Translations under genes and position numbers: made by a program
Source of the DNA: an uncultured delta proteobacterium
Lineage (GTDB): Bacteria > Myxococcota_A > UBA9160 > SMWR01
DNA length: 64,000 nucleotides
Assembly (NCBI GenBank): GCA_963832165.1
Contig: CAWHTE010000011.1
Location: 448,001 to 512,000, forward strand
Reading direction: 5' to 3'
Notes under the pieces: model-generated
Told to the model about the DNA's origin: nothing
Database searches by the model: none
The model's input: the letters and a program-made list of their open reading frames with translations, nothing else
Part shown: in pieces, positions 19,244 through 30,110 of the stretch
Layout: every line of letters begins with the position of its first letter
Numbering within the stretch: position 1 is the stretch's first letter

Positions 19244-20353
19244 TCAGCCGCTCGAGTCGCCCTCCGTCACGTCCTGCATCGAGATCCGCTCCTCGATCGA
19301 GTGGGCGAACGCGCCCAGGAACGCGTTGCGGAACACGCTCGCGATCGTGGTGAGGAGGTCGGTCTGGGTGCCCTGGATCGAGCCGCTGAACGGGATCTGC
19401 GCCGCAACCTGCTGGCGTGGCTGGTTCTCGAAGAGCTCGGCCGCGAGCTGGAGCGTCGCGCTCCAGAGCGTCTTCACGGGGTTCTGCTTCCCGGGTTCAT
19501 CGATGCCGATGAATCGCACGTCCTCGAGCATCGGCTTGGCATAACCCTCGTAGTGGCCATTGGCGGAGGCGATCTCGAGGTAGAGATCGAAGTCGCCGCT
19601 CTCCGCGTCTGCCTTGAGGTACTCGCGCAGCCAGGGATTGACCTTCGGGATCTTCACGTTCTCTACGGCGAAGTTGAGATCGAAGGTCGAGTTGTTCGTG
19701 AACGGCTTGGCGCTGCCGAACGCATATGCGGGCGCGTCGCCGAGCAGATCGCTGACGATGCGGAACTCCGCAAACGTCGGCTTATCCGTCTCCTCGACGT
19801 TGGTGATGTTGGTGATGATGCCGTTCACCTTGCGCGCGGTGAGCGCGTCCTCGCTCTCGATTCCGGGCGCACGGAACGTGATCGTGCCGCCGTGCACTTC
19901 GACCGTGTTGAACCGGAACGGAAACAGCTCTTCGAGCTTGCTGTGCCAGTTCTCCTCGGTGCCGAGCTGCGACCGCTTCTTCGAGCGCGACTCCACGAGA
20001 TTCAGCTTCGGCTGGTAGAAATGCGCCTCCGAGACGAGGCGTCCGTTGAGCAGGCTGTGCCACTCCACCGAGAAGTCGACGCGCTCGCTGTCGAAGAACG
20101 GTGTGCGCTGCTTGCCGCCCTTCTTGACGATCTCGAGGCCGTCGATGCGGTACGCGCCGCGCCAGAGTCCGATGTCGATGTCTGCGACGCGTCCGTCGTA
20201 GGCGTCGAGCGCGTGCAGGCGGCCGTTCACGTAGTCCTTGACGATGTACGGAAGTGCCGCGCGCAGCGCGATCAGCGCGATGGCGATCCCGAGGAGCGGG
20301 TAGAGCAGGTCACGTCGCCGGTGGACCCTTCGCGAGAGAGATCGGATCGTCAT
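19244..20353 (-). CDS. DUF748/AsmA-like protein
   Basis: N-terminal TM followed by beta-rich sequence, GYAKPML, C-terminal SVFRNAFL. Confidence 0.75.
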   Translation of the reverse strand: MTIRSLSRRVHRRRDLLYPLLGIAIALIALRAALPYIVKDYVNGRLHALDAYDGRVADIDIGLWRGAYRIDGLEIVKKGGKQRTPFFDSERVDFSVEWHSLLNGRLVSEAHFYQPKLNLVESRSKKRSQLGTEENWHSKLEELFPFRFNTVEVHGGTITFRAPGIESEDALTARKVNGIITNITNVEETDKPTFAEFRIVSDLLGDAPAYAFGSAKPFTNNSTFDLNFAVENVKIPKVNPWLREYLKADAESGDFDLYLEIASANGHYEGYAKPMLEDVRFIGIDEPGKQNPVKTLWSATLQLAAELFENQPRQQVAAQIPFSGSIQGTQTDLLTTIASVFRNAFLGAFAHSIEERISMQDVTEGDSSG

Positions 20354-20374
20354 GCTGCGCCCCGTCTACATCCC

Positions 20375-20390
20375 AGCAAGCGGCGTGCCG
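20375..20390 (-). promoter_or_regulatory. Putative sigma54 (-24/-12) promoter
   Basis: Minus strand CGGCACGCCGCTTGCT is a near-consensus GGCACG-N4-TTGCW, lying between the ftsZ terminator and ATG 20353. Confidence 0.7.
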
Positions 20391-20452
20391 TGCTCGCGCG
20401 AGCCTCGCGCGCGGAGCGAGCGATCCGATTCGCAATCCAGGGGCATTTCTAC

Positions 20453-20491
20453 AAAACGAGAAGGGACGGGCGCTCTCGCGCCCGTCCCTTC
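20453..20491 (-). terminator. Rho-independent terminator of the dcw operon
   Basis: Perfect 14-bp stem GAAGGGACGGGCGC/GCGCCCGTCCCTTC with GAGA loop, followed by TCGTTTT on the minus strand, just after the ftsZ stop. Confidence 0.85.
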
Positions 20492-20517
20492 TTTCATGAC
20501 TCCGGTCTGACTGGTTC

Positions 20518-21924
20518 CTAGTCCGCCGAGCGGCGCAGGAACGCCGGGCTCTCGCGCTCTTCTTCGTCCTCATCCGTCCCGCGCCGGCGCAGGAAGGTGG
20601 GCACGTCGAGCTCGTCCTCGAACGGCGAGATCCAGTCGTCGCCGCCTGCGGGAGCGCGGTTGGCTTGTGCGGCGGGTGCCGCGTCTCGGCTGCGCGCGGG
20701 CGGCAGCATCGAGGGCTGCTCCCCTCGCGCGTAGTCGCCGCGTTCCGCGGACAGCGGCGCACGTTCGACCGGCACGGGCTCGCGGCGCAGCGGCGTGACC
20801 TTGCCGCCGTCTTCGATCGGGATGTCGCGGTCGCGCGTGCCGCGGCCGCGCCGCATCCGATCGCCCTCGAGTCCCGTCGCGATCACCGTCACGCGCATCT
20901 CGCCTTCCGGGATGCTCTCGTCGATCACGGCGCCGAAGATGATGTTCGCATCCTCGTGCGCGGCCTCCTGGATCAGCGTCGAGGCCTCGTTCACCTCGTA
21001 CAGCGACAGATCCGGACCGCCCGTGATGTTGATGAGCACCCCGTGCGCGCCGTCGATCGACAGATCTTCGAGCAGCGGGCTCGAGATCGCCATGCGCGCG
21101 GCCTCTTCGGCGCGGTCCTCGCCGCGCGCGACGCCCGTGCCCATCAGCGCGACGCCCATCTCGTTCATGATCGTGCGCACGTCGGCGAAGTCGAGGTTGA
21201 TCAGGCCGTGCACGGTGATCAGGTCCGAGATGCCGCGTACCGCGTTGTGCAGCACGTCGTCGGCGAGCTTGAACGCATCGCGCATCGCGGTGTTCTTTCC
21301 CGCGATCGAGAGCAGGCGCTGGTTCGGAATCGTGATCACGGTGTCGACCACGCGGTGCAGCTCGTCGAGCCCGCGCTCCGCGTGCCGCTGGCGCACCCGT
21401 CCCTCGAACAGGAACGGCTTGGTCACCACGCCCACCGTGAGCGCGCCCGCCTCGCGCGCCACCTCGGCCACGATCGGCGCGGCGCCCGTGCCCGTGCCGC
21501 CGCCGAGGCCCGCCGTGACGAACACCATGTCGGTGCCGCGGAACAGCTCGATCAGGCGCTCGCGCACCTCGATCGCCGAGGCGCGCCCCTTGTCGGGATC
21601 GGCACCGCAGCCCAGCCCGCGCGTCACCTCGCTTCCGAGCTGGATCTTGATCGGCGCGAGGTTGTGCTGGAGCGCCTGGGCATCGGTGTTCGCGGCGATG
21701 AACTCCACGCCTCGAAGTCCCGACAGCACCATGTTGTTGAGCGCGTTGCCGCCGCCGCCGCCCACGCCCACGACCTTGATCACGGCGTGGTGCGAGTCGG
21801 TGTCGGCAAACTCGATCGGATCTCGCTGCGGCTCGACAGCGACATCCGGGCTCGTAATGAGCTCGGTCTGACCCGGAAGACCCGCGCGCCCCGGCGCGCG
21901 GTCGTTCGGACGCTTGATGGCCAT
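20518..21924 (-). CDS. ftsZ: Cell division protein FtsZ
   Basis: [30 protein letters not shown]-terminal DVPTFLRR. Confidence 0.99.
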   Translation of the reverse strand: MAIKRPNDRAPGRAGLPGQTELITSPDVAVEPQRDPIEFADTDSHHAVIKVVGVGGGGGNALNNMVLSGLRGVEFIAANTDAQALQHNLAPIKIQLGSEVTRGLGCGADPDKGRASAIEVRERLIELFRGTDMVFVTAGLGGGTGTGAAPIVAEVAREAGALTVGVVTKPFLFEGRVRQRHAERGLDELHRVVDTVITIPNQRLLSIAGKNTAMRDAFKLADDVLHNAVRGISDLITVHGLINLDFADVRTIMNEMGVALMGTGVARGEDRAEEAARMAISSPLLEDLSIDGAHGVLINITGGPDLSLYEVNEASTLIQEAAHEDANIIFGAVIDESIPEGEMRVTVIATGLEGDRMRRGRGTRDRDIPIEDGGKVTPLRREPVPVERAPLSAERGDYARGEQPSMLPPARSRDAAPAAQANRAPAGGDDWISPFEDELDVPTFLRRRGTDEDEEERESPAFLRRSAD

Positions 21925-22031
21925 GCTCTCACCCCCCAGTGCGCATTGCCGATTTGAAATCGGATCCTATCGAAAAACGTCGTTTCTTGTGAGTCCTCGG
22001 GGCGGTTTTTTTGCCCCGATCGTGAGAAAAC

Positions 22032-23261
22032 TCACTCGAACTGGAAGAACCAGTCCCGCATCCGCTGCTTCACTCGTCCGAAGATCGACTCATCGCGGAT
22101 CCGGAACCGGGTGTTGTCGCGATCCTGCGAGGCGCCGAATAGCACGAGCCCCACGCCCGTGGCGTACATCGGGCCGCGCACCACGTCCTGCAGACCGCCC
22201 ACTCGGGACGGGATCCCGATCCGGACCGGCGTCTCGAAGATCTCCTCCGCGAGGTCGGGCACGCCCTCGAGCGCGGAGCAGCCGCCCGTGAGCACCACGC
22301 CGGACGGGATCCGGTCCTCGAGGCCCTCCTTCACGAGCGACTGGCGCGCGAGCGAGAGGATCTCGTCGACGCGCGGCTCGATGATCTCGCACAGGAGCTT
22401 GCGCGAGACCTCGCGCGGGCGCCGGCCGCCCACGCTCGGGACGCTGATCACGTCGTCGCTGCCCAGGAAGCGCGCGGCCGCCACGCCGAACTTCTTCTTG
22501 ACCCGCTCCGCCTCGTCGAACGGCGTGCGCAGGCCCACCGCGATGTCGTTGGAGACGTGCGCGCCGCCGAGCCCGAGCACCGAGGTGTGCTTGATCGAGC
22601 CCTCGGAGTAGACGGCCACGTCCGTCGTGCCGCCGCCGATGTCGATCAGGCAGACGCCGAGATCGCGCTCGTCCTCGGCCAGGCAGGCCTCCGCGGACGC
22701 GAGCGGCTCGAGCACGATGTCCATCACGTTGAGCCCGGCCTTGTTGGCGCACTTGACGATGTTCTGGGCGCTCGTGACCGCGGCCGTGACGATGTGGATC
22801 TTGGCCTCGAGCCGCACTCCGCTCATGCCGAGCGGCTCGCGGATGCCGTCCTGGTCGTCGATGATGAACTCCTGCGGGATCACGTGGATCACCTCGCGGT
22901 CCATCGGAATCGAGACCGCCTTGGCGGCGTCGATCACGCGCTTCACGTCGCCGGGCGCCACCTCGCGGTCCTTCACCGCGACCACGCCGTGCGAGTTGAA
23001 GGCTCGGATGTGGCTGCCTGCGATGCCCGCATAGACCGAGCTGATCTCGCAGTCCGCCATCAGCTCCGCCTCCTCGACCGCCTGTTTGATCGAGTGGACG
23101 GTGGCGTCGATGTCGACCACCACGCCCTTGCGCAGCCCGCGCGAGGGATGGGTGCCGATCCCGATGATGTCGATGGTGTCCCCGTTCGGCGCCGCGACGA
23201 TCACGCAGACCTTCGTGGTGCCGATATCCAACCCGACGATCAGATCCTCTTTCTTGGCCAT
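22032..23261 (-). CDS. ftsA: Cell division protein FtsA
   Basis: GLDIGTTKV, LIDIGGGTTD, GVVLTGG, C-terminal amphipathic helix. Confidence 0.99.
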   Translation of the reverse strand: MAKKEDLIVGLDIGTTKVCVIVAAPNGDTIDIIGIGTHPSRGLRKGVVVDIDATVHSIKQAVEEAELMADCEISSVYAGIAGSHIRAFNSHGVVAVKDREVAPGDVKRVIDAAKAVSIPMDREVIHVIPQEFIIDDQDGIREPLGMSGVRLEAKIHIVTAAVTSAQNIVKCANKAGLNVMDIVLEPLASAEACLAEDERDLGVCLIDIGGGTTDVAVYSEGSIKHTSVLGLGGAHVSNDIAVGLRTPFDEAERVKKKFGVAAARFLGSDDVISVPSVGGRRPREVSRKLLCEIIEPRVDEILSLARQSLVKEGLEDRIPSGVVLTGGCSALEGVPDLAEEIFETPVRIGIPSRVGGLQDVVRGPMYATGVGLVLFGASQDRDNTRFRIRDESIFGRVKQRMRDWFFQFE

Positions 23262-23352
23262 GACGTTGTCTCCCCCCTGAGACTGGACCGCCGGAACTAG
23301 CCGCGCGGTCCTGGTTCGGTGCCGCAGCGCCCCCCGCGCCGCGGCGCCTGAT

Positions 23353-24234
23353 TCAGGCCGACCCCTTCGGGTCGGTCTTGTTCGAAAGCACTGCCTGACC
23401 CGCGAAGCGCAGGTCCACCGAGGCCGCCTCGGCGACCTCCGCGGGCCGCTTCGCGAGCAGTTCGGCGAGCATCCCCACGCGCGCGTCGAGGTCGTCGGCG
23501 CCCATCACGAAGCGCGCCTCCATGCCCGGCAGACGCACCACGAGTCCCTCCGGATCCGCTTCCTTGCCGAGCGCGATCTCGCGCGGCATCGCGAGCCCGC
23601 GCGACGGAAACGTGCGCGCCACGCGGATCGCCTCGGCGATGCGGTGGTCGGGCTCGCCCGGCGGCGGCGTGCTCTCGCAGCGCAGCCGGGGCAGGTCCTT
23701 CGCTTCGCGCGCGTCGAGCACCGCGAACGGGCGCCCCTCCGCGTCCACGCCGAGCGGTCCGCCCCGCGCCTCGATCACCGCGAGCGCCTCGCGCTCTCGG
23801 ACGCGCAGCACGACCGTGCCGCCGGGTAGCCGGGCCGCACTCGCCTCGGCGATCCAGGCGTTCTGGCGCAGTCCACCCGCGAGGCGGCGAGGCTCCGCGG
23901 CCGAATAGCCGTCGCCCACCGCGATCCGTGCCGAGTGCGCGATCTCCTCGGCGGTCAGGTGCGAAGCGCCCTGGACCTCGATGGCCGAGACCTGCCAGCC
24001 CACGCTGCCGATCTGCGCGAGCGCGTCGTCGCCCACCCAGGCGCCGACGAAGAGCGCGAGCACGGGCGCGGCGATCAGCCAGACGCCGCGCGGCACGGGC
24101 AGCGAGCGCGTCGGTTTCGGCTCGCCGCCGCGCCGGTTGCGCAGGCGATCCAGGTGCTGGTTCGCACGGGTGCGCCGACGCTGCGCCTCCTGCTCGGTCC
24201 GATCCGTGAAACGAGAGATGCTGCTGTGATTCAT
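23353..24234 (-). CDS. ftsQ: Cell division protein FtsQ/DivIB
   Basis: TM, POTRA domain (IEVQGASHL..WIAEASAARLPGGTVVLRVRE), VDLRFAGQAV; position in cluster. Confidence 0.9.
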   Translation of the reverse strand: MNHSSISRFTDRTEQEAQRRRTRANQHLDRLRNRRGGEPKPTRSLPVPRGVWLIAAPVLALFVGAWVGDDALAQIGSVGWQVSAIEVQGASHLTAEEIAHSARIAVGDGYSAAEPRRLAGGLRQNAWIAEASAARLPGGTVVLRVREREALAVIEARGGPLGVDAEGRPFAVLDAREAKDLPRLRCESTPPPGEPDHRIAEAIRVARTFPSRGLAMPREIALGKEADPEGLVVRLPGMEARFVMGADDLDARVGMLAELLAKRPAEVAEAASVDLRFAGQAVLSNKTDPKGSA

Positions 24235-25148
24235 GCTGTCCCCCCTACGATCCGCACCTCGCACTCGAGTCGGGTGCCGCTCTGCGCGTGCACCCGCTCC
24301 TGCGCGAGGCGGATCAATTCCAAGACGTCGGAGGCGGTGGCGCCTCCGAGGTTGGCAATGAAGTTCGCGTGCAGGGGGGAAATCTGGGCGCCGCCCACGC
24401 GGTGCCCCTTCAGTCCGGCGGCTTCGATCAGGCGCCCGGCGTAGTCGCCGGGCGGATTCTTGAACACGGATCCACACGAGGGCACCGAGAGCGGCTGGGT
24501 CTGCTCGCGGCGCTCGAGCAACTGGTCGACCTCGGCGCGTACGGCGGCCCCCGTGGAGCGGTCGATGCGCAGAAGCGCCGAGACGATCACGCTGCCGGGC
24601 GCGAGGCCGCGCAGCGCGCGGTAGCGGAAGTGCAGCCGCGAGCGCTGCAGATGCGAGAGGCCGGTTCCGCTCGGGTGGGCCACCTCGATCTCGAGCACGC
24701 GGTCGCCGATCTCGCGCCCCGGGATGCCCGCGTTCATCGCGATCCAGCCGCCGATGCTGCCCGGAATGCCCGCGCCGAACTCGAGGCCCGCGAATCCGCG
24801 CTCGCAGCAGAAGCGCGTGAGCTGGCTGTGCGACACGCCGGCCTCGACGCGCAGCGCGTTGCCGGGACGCTCTTCGAGTCGGCGGAAGCGCGAGAGCTGG
24901 ATCACCACGCCCGCGACGGGCGTATCGAGCGCGAGGCTGTTGAAGCCGCCGCCGATCACGTGGTGCGGCACGCGCGCGCGCGCGACGCGCCGCAGCGCGG
25001 CGCACAGCTGCGCGCGATCCGTGGGTGTCACCACCGCGTCGACGGGTCCGCCCACGCGCAGCGACGTGAGACGCGCGAGCGGTACGTCGAAGCGCACCGC
25101 CGACCCGAGCTGATCGGACAGCTCCGCGCGCAGCTCGCGCCCGATCAT
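24231..25148 (-). CDS. murB: UDP-N-acetylenolpyruvoylglucosamine reductase
   Basis: TSLRVGG, GIPGSIGG..MNAG, SCGSVFKNP, HANFI. Confidence 0.97.
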   Translation of the reverse strand: MIGRELRAELSDQLGSAVRFDVPLARLTSLRVGGPVDAVVTPTDRAQLCAALRRVARARVPHHVIGGGFNSLALDTPVAGVVIQLSRFRRLEERPGNALRVEAGVSHSQLTRFCCERGFAGLEFGAGIPGSIGGWIAMNAGIPGREIGDRVLEIEVAHPSGTGLSHLQRSRLHFRYRALRGLAPGSVIVSALLRIDRSTGAAVRAEVDQLLERREQTQPLSVPSCGSVFKNPPGDYAGRLIEAAGLKGHRVGGAQISPLHANFIANLGGATASDVLELIRLAQERVHAQSGTRLECEVRIVGGTA

Positions 25149-26543
25149 CGCGCGCGCTCCCTTGGTTTCTGCGAGAGCCGCTCGACCAGGCGCGCGCCCA
25201 GGCTCGCAATGCTTCCCGCGCCGAGCGTCACCACGAGGTCGCCCGCACGCACCTCGTGCACGAGGCGCTCGAGCGCGGCGTCGAGGTCGCCCTCGAAGTG
25301 CACGGAGCGGTGGCCGTGGTCGCGGATCGCCTCGGCGAGCAGCGACGCCTCGACGCCGGGCAGCTTGTCCTCGCTCGCCGCATAGATCTCCGTGAGCACG
25401 AGCACGTCGGCGTCGTTGAAGCAGCGCGTGAACTCGTCCCAGAGGTCGCGGGTGCGCGTGTAGCGGTGGGGCTGGAACGCGACCACGACCCGGCCGCGGT
25501 GGATCTCGCGCGCGGCCGCGAGCGTGGCCTCGATCTCGGCGGGGTGGTGGCCGTAGTCGTCGATCACGCGCACGCCGGCCGCGCTGCCCTTGTCCTCGAA
25601 GCGCCGCTCGATGCCGAGGAAGCTCTCGAGCGCGTCGGCGGCGGTGCGGAACGAGCACCTCGACCTCGTGCGCGACCGCGAGCGCCGCGAGCGCATTCAG
25701 CACGTTGTGGCGACCCGCGAGGCGCAGCCGCACGCGGCCGAGATCGCGGCCCTCGTGGCGTACCGAGAACCCGAGCCGGTCTCCGTCTCGCGCGATCTCG
25801 CTCGCGATCCAGTCGGCCTGCGCGGTCGTGCCGTAGCGGATCGCGCGCCGGTTCAGCCGCGGCAGGATCGCCTGCACGCCCGGATGATCGGCGCACAGCA
25901 CCACCGCACCCCAGAACGGCACCCGGTTGCAGAACGCCGCGAACGCGTCCTGGAGCGTGTCGTAGCTGCCGTAGTGGTCGAGGTGCTCGGGGTCGATGTT
26001 GGTCACCACCGCGATCACGGGCGCGAGGCGCAGGAACGACCCGTCGCTCTCGTCGGCCTCCGCGACGAGCAGCGACCCCGCGCCGCGGCGCGTGGTCGAC
26101 GGATCGCGGTCCGCCGCGAGCACGCGACCGCCGACCACCGCGGTCGGGTCGAGACCCGCGGCATCGAGCACGTGCGCGACCAACGAGGTCGTCGTGGTCT
26201 TGCCGTGGCTGCCCGCGACCGCGATCCCATCCTTGAGTCGCATCAGCTCGGCGAGCATCTCGGCGCGGCCGATCACGGGGATCTTCGCGGCTTCGGCGCG
26301 GCGCAGCTCGGGGTTGTCGGCGCGTATCGCCGACGAGTAGACCACGACGTCGGCGTCGCCGACGTTTCCGGCGTCGTGGCCGATCGTCACGGCGATGCCG
26401 AGCGAGCGCAGCCGCTCGGTATTCGCGCTGTCCTTCTGATCGGAGCCCGTGACGCGGTAGCCCTGGCTCGCGAGCAGCTCGGCGATGCCGCACATGCCGA
26501 TGCCGCCCGCGCCGACGAAGTGGATGCGCTGGATGCGTCTCAT
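25145..26543 (-). CDS. murC: UDP-N-acetylmuramate--L-alanine ligase; frameshift near 25653
   Basis: IHFVGAGGIGM, GSHGKTTT, EADESDGSF; the C-part in ORF 25145 has DDYGHHP and FQPHRYTRT. Confidence 0.95.
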
Positions 26544-27643
26544 GATGCCGCCTCCGCGGTCCACGCGGCGCACGCCTCGACGATCTGCGCCGCGGCATCG
26601 GGACGCGCCTGGCGCGCCGCGGCCGCGCCCATCGCGACGAGCCGCTCGGGGCTCGCGGCGAGATCCGCGAGCGCGCGCAAGAGATCGTCGACCGCGAGCG
26701 GGCGCGACGGCAGCACGATCGCGGCGCCCGCGTCGGCCATCGCGCGCGCGTTCGCGCTCTGGTGATCGTCGGCCGCGTGCGGATAGGGCACGAGCAGCGC
26801 GGGCAGACCCGCCATCGCGAGCTCGGCCACCGTGAGCGCACCGCTGCGGCACAGCGCGAGGTCGCTCTCGGCATAGCGCGTGGGCATGTCGCGCTCGAAC
26901 GCCACCACGCGCGCGGGGATCCCCACCGCCTGGTAGGCGGCCTCGACCCGCTCGCGATCCGCCTCACCGGTCTGATGGAAGATCTCGAAGCCCGCTCGCG
27001 CGAGCCGCGGCGCGGCCTCGACCATCGCGTCGTTGATCTGTCGCGCGCCCTGGCTGCCGCCGAAGACGAGCAGGCGCAACGGCTTGGCGGGCGTGCGGCG
27101 CGGGGGTGAGTTGCGGAATGCCGCGATCAGCGCCTGGCGCAGCGGCGCGCCGACCACGGTCACGGCGCCTGCGCGGCGCAGCGCGTCCGCGGCGGCCCCG
27201 AACTGCACGAAGACGCCGCGCGCGAGCCGCGCTGCGAACCGGTTGGCGCGCCCGGGCATCGCGTTAGGCTCGACCAGCGCGATCGGAATCCGGCGCAGCG
27301 CCGCGGCGATCACGCCGGGCACCGAGGCGTAGCCGCCCACCGAGATCAGCACGCTGGCGCGCCGGGTCGCGAGCTCGCGCCGCGCCGCGAGCGCGCCGCG
27401 CAGCGTCGCGATCAGCGCGCGCAGCCGCGCGACCGCGCCGCGCCCCATGATCTGACCGCTCGGCAGCGTCACGAGCTCGAAGCCGGCCTCCGGCACGAGC
27501 CGGCGCTCGAGGCCGATCTCTCCGCCGAGCAGGAACGGCGCATCGCCGCGCGCGGCGACCGCCTCGGCGAGCGCGAGCGCGGGCGTGACGTGGCCGCCCG
27601 TGCCGCCGCCGGCGATCGCCCAGACGCGACGCGTGCCCGTCAT
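26540..27643 (-). CDS. murG: Lipid II GlcNAc transferase MurG
   Basis: GGGTGGH, GGYAS, EPNAMPG, FGGSQGA, RSGALTVAEL. Confidence 0.97.
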   Translation of the reverse strand: MTGTRRVWAIAGGGTGGHVTPALALAEAVAARGDAPFLLGGEIGLERRLVPEAGFELVTLPSGQIMGRGAVARLRALIATLRGALAARRELATRRASVLISVGGYASVPGVIAAALRRIPIALVEPNAMPGRANRFAARLARGVFVQFGAAADALRRAGAVTVVGAPLRQALIAAFRNSPPRRTPAKPLRLLVFGGSQGARQINDAMVEAAPRLARAGFEIFHQTGEADRERVEAAYQAVGIPARVVAFERDMPTRYAESDLALCRSGALTVAELAMAGLPALLVPYPHAADDHQSANARAMADAGAAIVLPSRPLAVDDLLRALADLAASPERLVAMGAAAARQARPDAAAQIVEACAAWTAEAAS

Positions 27644-28782
27644 GCGCGAGCGAGCCGGCGCGCCGCAGAGTGCGTGCGCGGGGGACTGTAGGGCTCGCGG
27701 CCGGCGCGCAAGAGGATGCCGATCGCGAGCGCGGTACACAGAAGCGAGTTGGTGCCGTGCGAGAGGAAGGGCAGGGTGAGCCCCTTCGTGGGCACGAGCC
27801 CCATCACGACGGCCGCGTTGCAGAGCGCGGGCACGACGACGATCGCGGTGCACGCGCTCGCGGCCAGCAGCGCGAACGGCGTCCGCGCGCGGCGCGCGAT
27901 CCGCAGGCCCGCGAAGCACAGTGCCGCGAACGCGCCGAGGACGAGCAGCACGCCGAGCAGGCCCAGCTCTTCCGCCACCACGGAGAGGATGAAGTCGGTG
28001 TGGGCCTCGGGCAGGTAGGAGAGCTTCTGCAGGCCGTTGCCGAGTCCGACCCCCGTGGTTCCGCCGCGTCCGAACGCCACGAACGACTGCACGAGCTGGA
28101 AGCCCTCGCCTTGCGCGCTCTGCCACGGGTCGACGAAGCCGCGCACGCGCGCTGCCGCGTACGGACGCACCGCGATGTAGAGCGCCGCGCCGAGCGCGCC
28201 CGCGACCACGGGCAGCGCGAGCACGCGCAGCGGCAGGCCCGCCGCGAAGAGCACGAACCCGACCACCGCGCACAACATGACTGCGCTGCCGAAGTCCGGC
28301 TGCAGCAGGAGCAGCCCGACCGGCAGTGCGACCAACAGCCCCACGCGCTGCAGCAGCGCCCACGAGGCGAGGTTCTTCGGAGTGGCGTTCGCGAGCAGCG
28401 TGGCCACCGCGAGCGCGGTGGCGAGCTTCACGGGCTCGGCGGCCTGGATCGCCACGGGCACACCCGGGATCAAGAGCCAGCGCCGCGCGCCGTTCGCCTC
28501 GATGCCGAACGCGAGCGTGAGGACGAGCAGTGCGACGGTGCCCGCCCACAGCCACAGCGAGGCGCGCTCCCACATCCGCAGCGGCGCGCGCGCTGCGAGC
28601 ATCGCGCACAGGAGTGACGCGGCGACACCGGCCACGTGGCGCAACGCGAGCGGCGGCAGCGTCTGGCCGATCTCGAGCGCCGCCGTCGTGCTGTAGTTCA
28701 TGAGCACGCCGAGCGCGGTGAGCCCGAGCGCGCTCGCGACCACCGCGCCGTCCCAGGATTGAGTTGCGTTCGTGTCGCTCAT
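27640..28782 (-). CDS. ftsW: SEDS peptidoglycan polymerase FtsW
   Basis: NGARRW, LLQPDFGS, YLPEAHTDFI..EELG, PTKGLTLPFLS. Confidence 0.97.
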   Translation of the reverse strand: MSDTNATQSWDGAVVASALGLTALGVLMNYSTTAALEIGQTLPPLALRHVAGVAASLLCAMLAARAPLRMWERASLWLWAGTVALLVLTLAFGIEANGARRWLLIPGVPVAIQAAEPVKLATALAVATLLANATPKNLASWALLQRVGLLVALPVGLLLLQPDFGSAVMLCAVVGFVLFAAGLPLRVLALPVVAGALGAALYIAVRPYAAARVRGFVDPWQSAQGEGFQLVQSFVAFGRGGTTGVGLGNGLQKLSYLPEAHTDFILSVVAEELGLLGVLLVLGAFAALCFAGLRIARRARTPFALLAASACTAIVVVPALCNAAVVMGLVPTKGLTLPFLSHGTNSLLCTALAIGILLRAGREPYSPPRTHSAARRLARA

Positions 28783-30110
28783 TGGATGGCCGGGCCCTCT
28801 GCTTCGGCACGCGCCGCGGCGCGAAAACGCCGCCCGCGCTCCTCGAAATTCTGGAACTGGTCGTGGCTCGAGCAGCCCGGCGCGAGCAGCACGACGTCGC
28901 CCGGGCGCGCGAGCGCGCCGGCGCGGCGCACCGCGTCCTCGATGCTCGCCTCGCGGTGCACGGGCGGTCCGCCGCGCAGACCCTGCTCGAGCTGTGCGGC
29001 GGCCTCGCCGATCAGCACCGCGGCGCGCACGCGCGAGCGCGCGGCGCCCGCGAGCAGGCCGAGGTCGAGGCCCTTCGCGCGGCCGCCCGCGATCCAGATG
29101 ATCGGCTCCGCGAACCCCTCGAGCGCGCGCAGCGCGGCGCCCGGATTGGTCGCCTTCGAATCGTCGACCCAGGTGACGCCGTGCGCGCGCGCGACCACCT
29201 CGGTGCGGTGGGGCAGGGGCCGGAACAACGGCAGCGCCGCGAGCGCCCGCGCGAGCGGAGCGCCGAACGCGTACACGGCGGCCGCGGCCGCGATCGCGTT
29301 TTCGCGGTTGTGCACGCCGGGCTCGCGCCAGTCGAATGCGAAGCGCTGCGCGGGCGCGTCGTCCGCCCGCACCACGAGAGACCCCGCGTCGACTCCGACT
29401 CCGCGCTCGGGCACGCCGATGGCGCGGAACGGCAGCACGCGTCCGCGCGCGGCGTCGCGGAACAACGCGTACCACTCGTCCGCTTCGTTGAGCACGGCCC
29501 AGTCGTCGGCGCGCTGGTTCTCGAGGATCCGCGCCTTCGCGGCGACGTACGCCTCGAGCGTGTGATGGCGATCGAGGTGGTCGGGCGTCACGTTGAGCAC
29601 CACGGCCACCGTCGGCCGGAACTGCTCCGTGGTCTCGAGCTGGAACGACGACACCTCGAGCACCGCGGCGTCGAGCGGCATGCCGACCAGCGAGAGCGCG
29701 GGTGTGCCGACGTTGCCGGCCATCTCGGCGCGCAGCCCCGCCGCGCGCAAGAGCTCGGTCACGAGCGAGGTGGTGGTCGACTTCCCGTTCGTGCCCGTCA
29801 CGGCGACGATCGGCACCGAGAGCGCCGCGCAGGCGAGCTCGACGTCGCCGCACACGCGCGCGGCGCGCGACCGGTAGCGCTCGGGAGGCACGCCCGGGCT
29901 CGGCACGACGATGTCGAAATCCGCGGGGTCGGGGAACGAGCGCCCGAGCCACGGCTCGACGCCCGGCGGCACCGCACCCGCGAGCTCGTCGGCGGAGCGC
30001 TCGTCGGCTGCCACCACGCGCGCGCCGCGCTCGGCGCACCACGCGGCCGCGCTGCGCCCGGAAATTCCGAGGCCGAGCACGAGCACGCGTTTGCCGGCGA
30101 GCGATTCCAT
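28779..30110 (-). CDS. murD: UDP-MurNAc-L-Ala--D-glutamate ligase
   Basis: LGLGISG, SPG, GTNGKSTT, LEVSSFQL, DHLDRH, DDSKATN. Confidence 0.97.
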   Translation of the reverse strand: MESLAGKRVLVLGLGISGRSAAAWCAERGARVVAADERSADELAGAVPPGVEPWLGRSFPDPADFDIVVPSPGVPPERYRSRAARVCGDVELACAALSVPIVAVTGTNGKSTTTSLVTELLRAAGLRAEMAGNVGTPALSLVGMPLDAAVLEVSSFQLETTEQFRPTVAVVLNVTPDHLDRHHTLEAYVAAKARILENQRADDWAVLNEADEWYALFRDAARGRVLPFRAIGVPERGVGVDAGSLVVRADDAPAQRFAFDWREPGVHNRENAIAAAAAVYAFGAPLARALAALPLFRPLPHRTEVVARAHGVTWVDDSKATNPGAALRALEGFAEPIIWIAGGRAKGLDLGLLAGAARSRVRAAVLIGEAAAQLEQGLRGGPPVHREASIEDAVRRAGALARPGDVVLLAPGCSSHDQFQNFEERGRRFRAAARAEAEGPAIQ

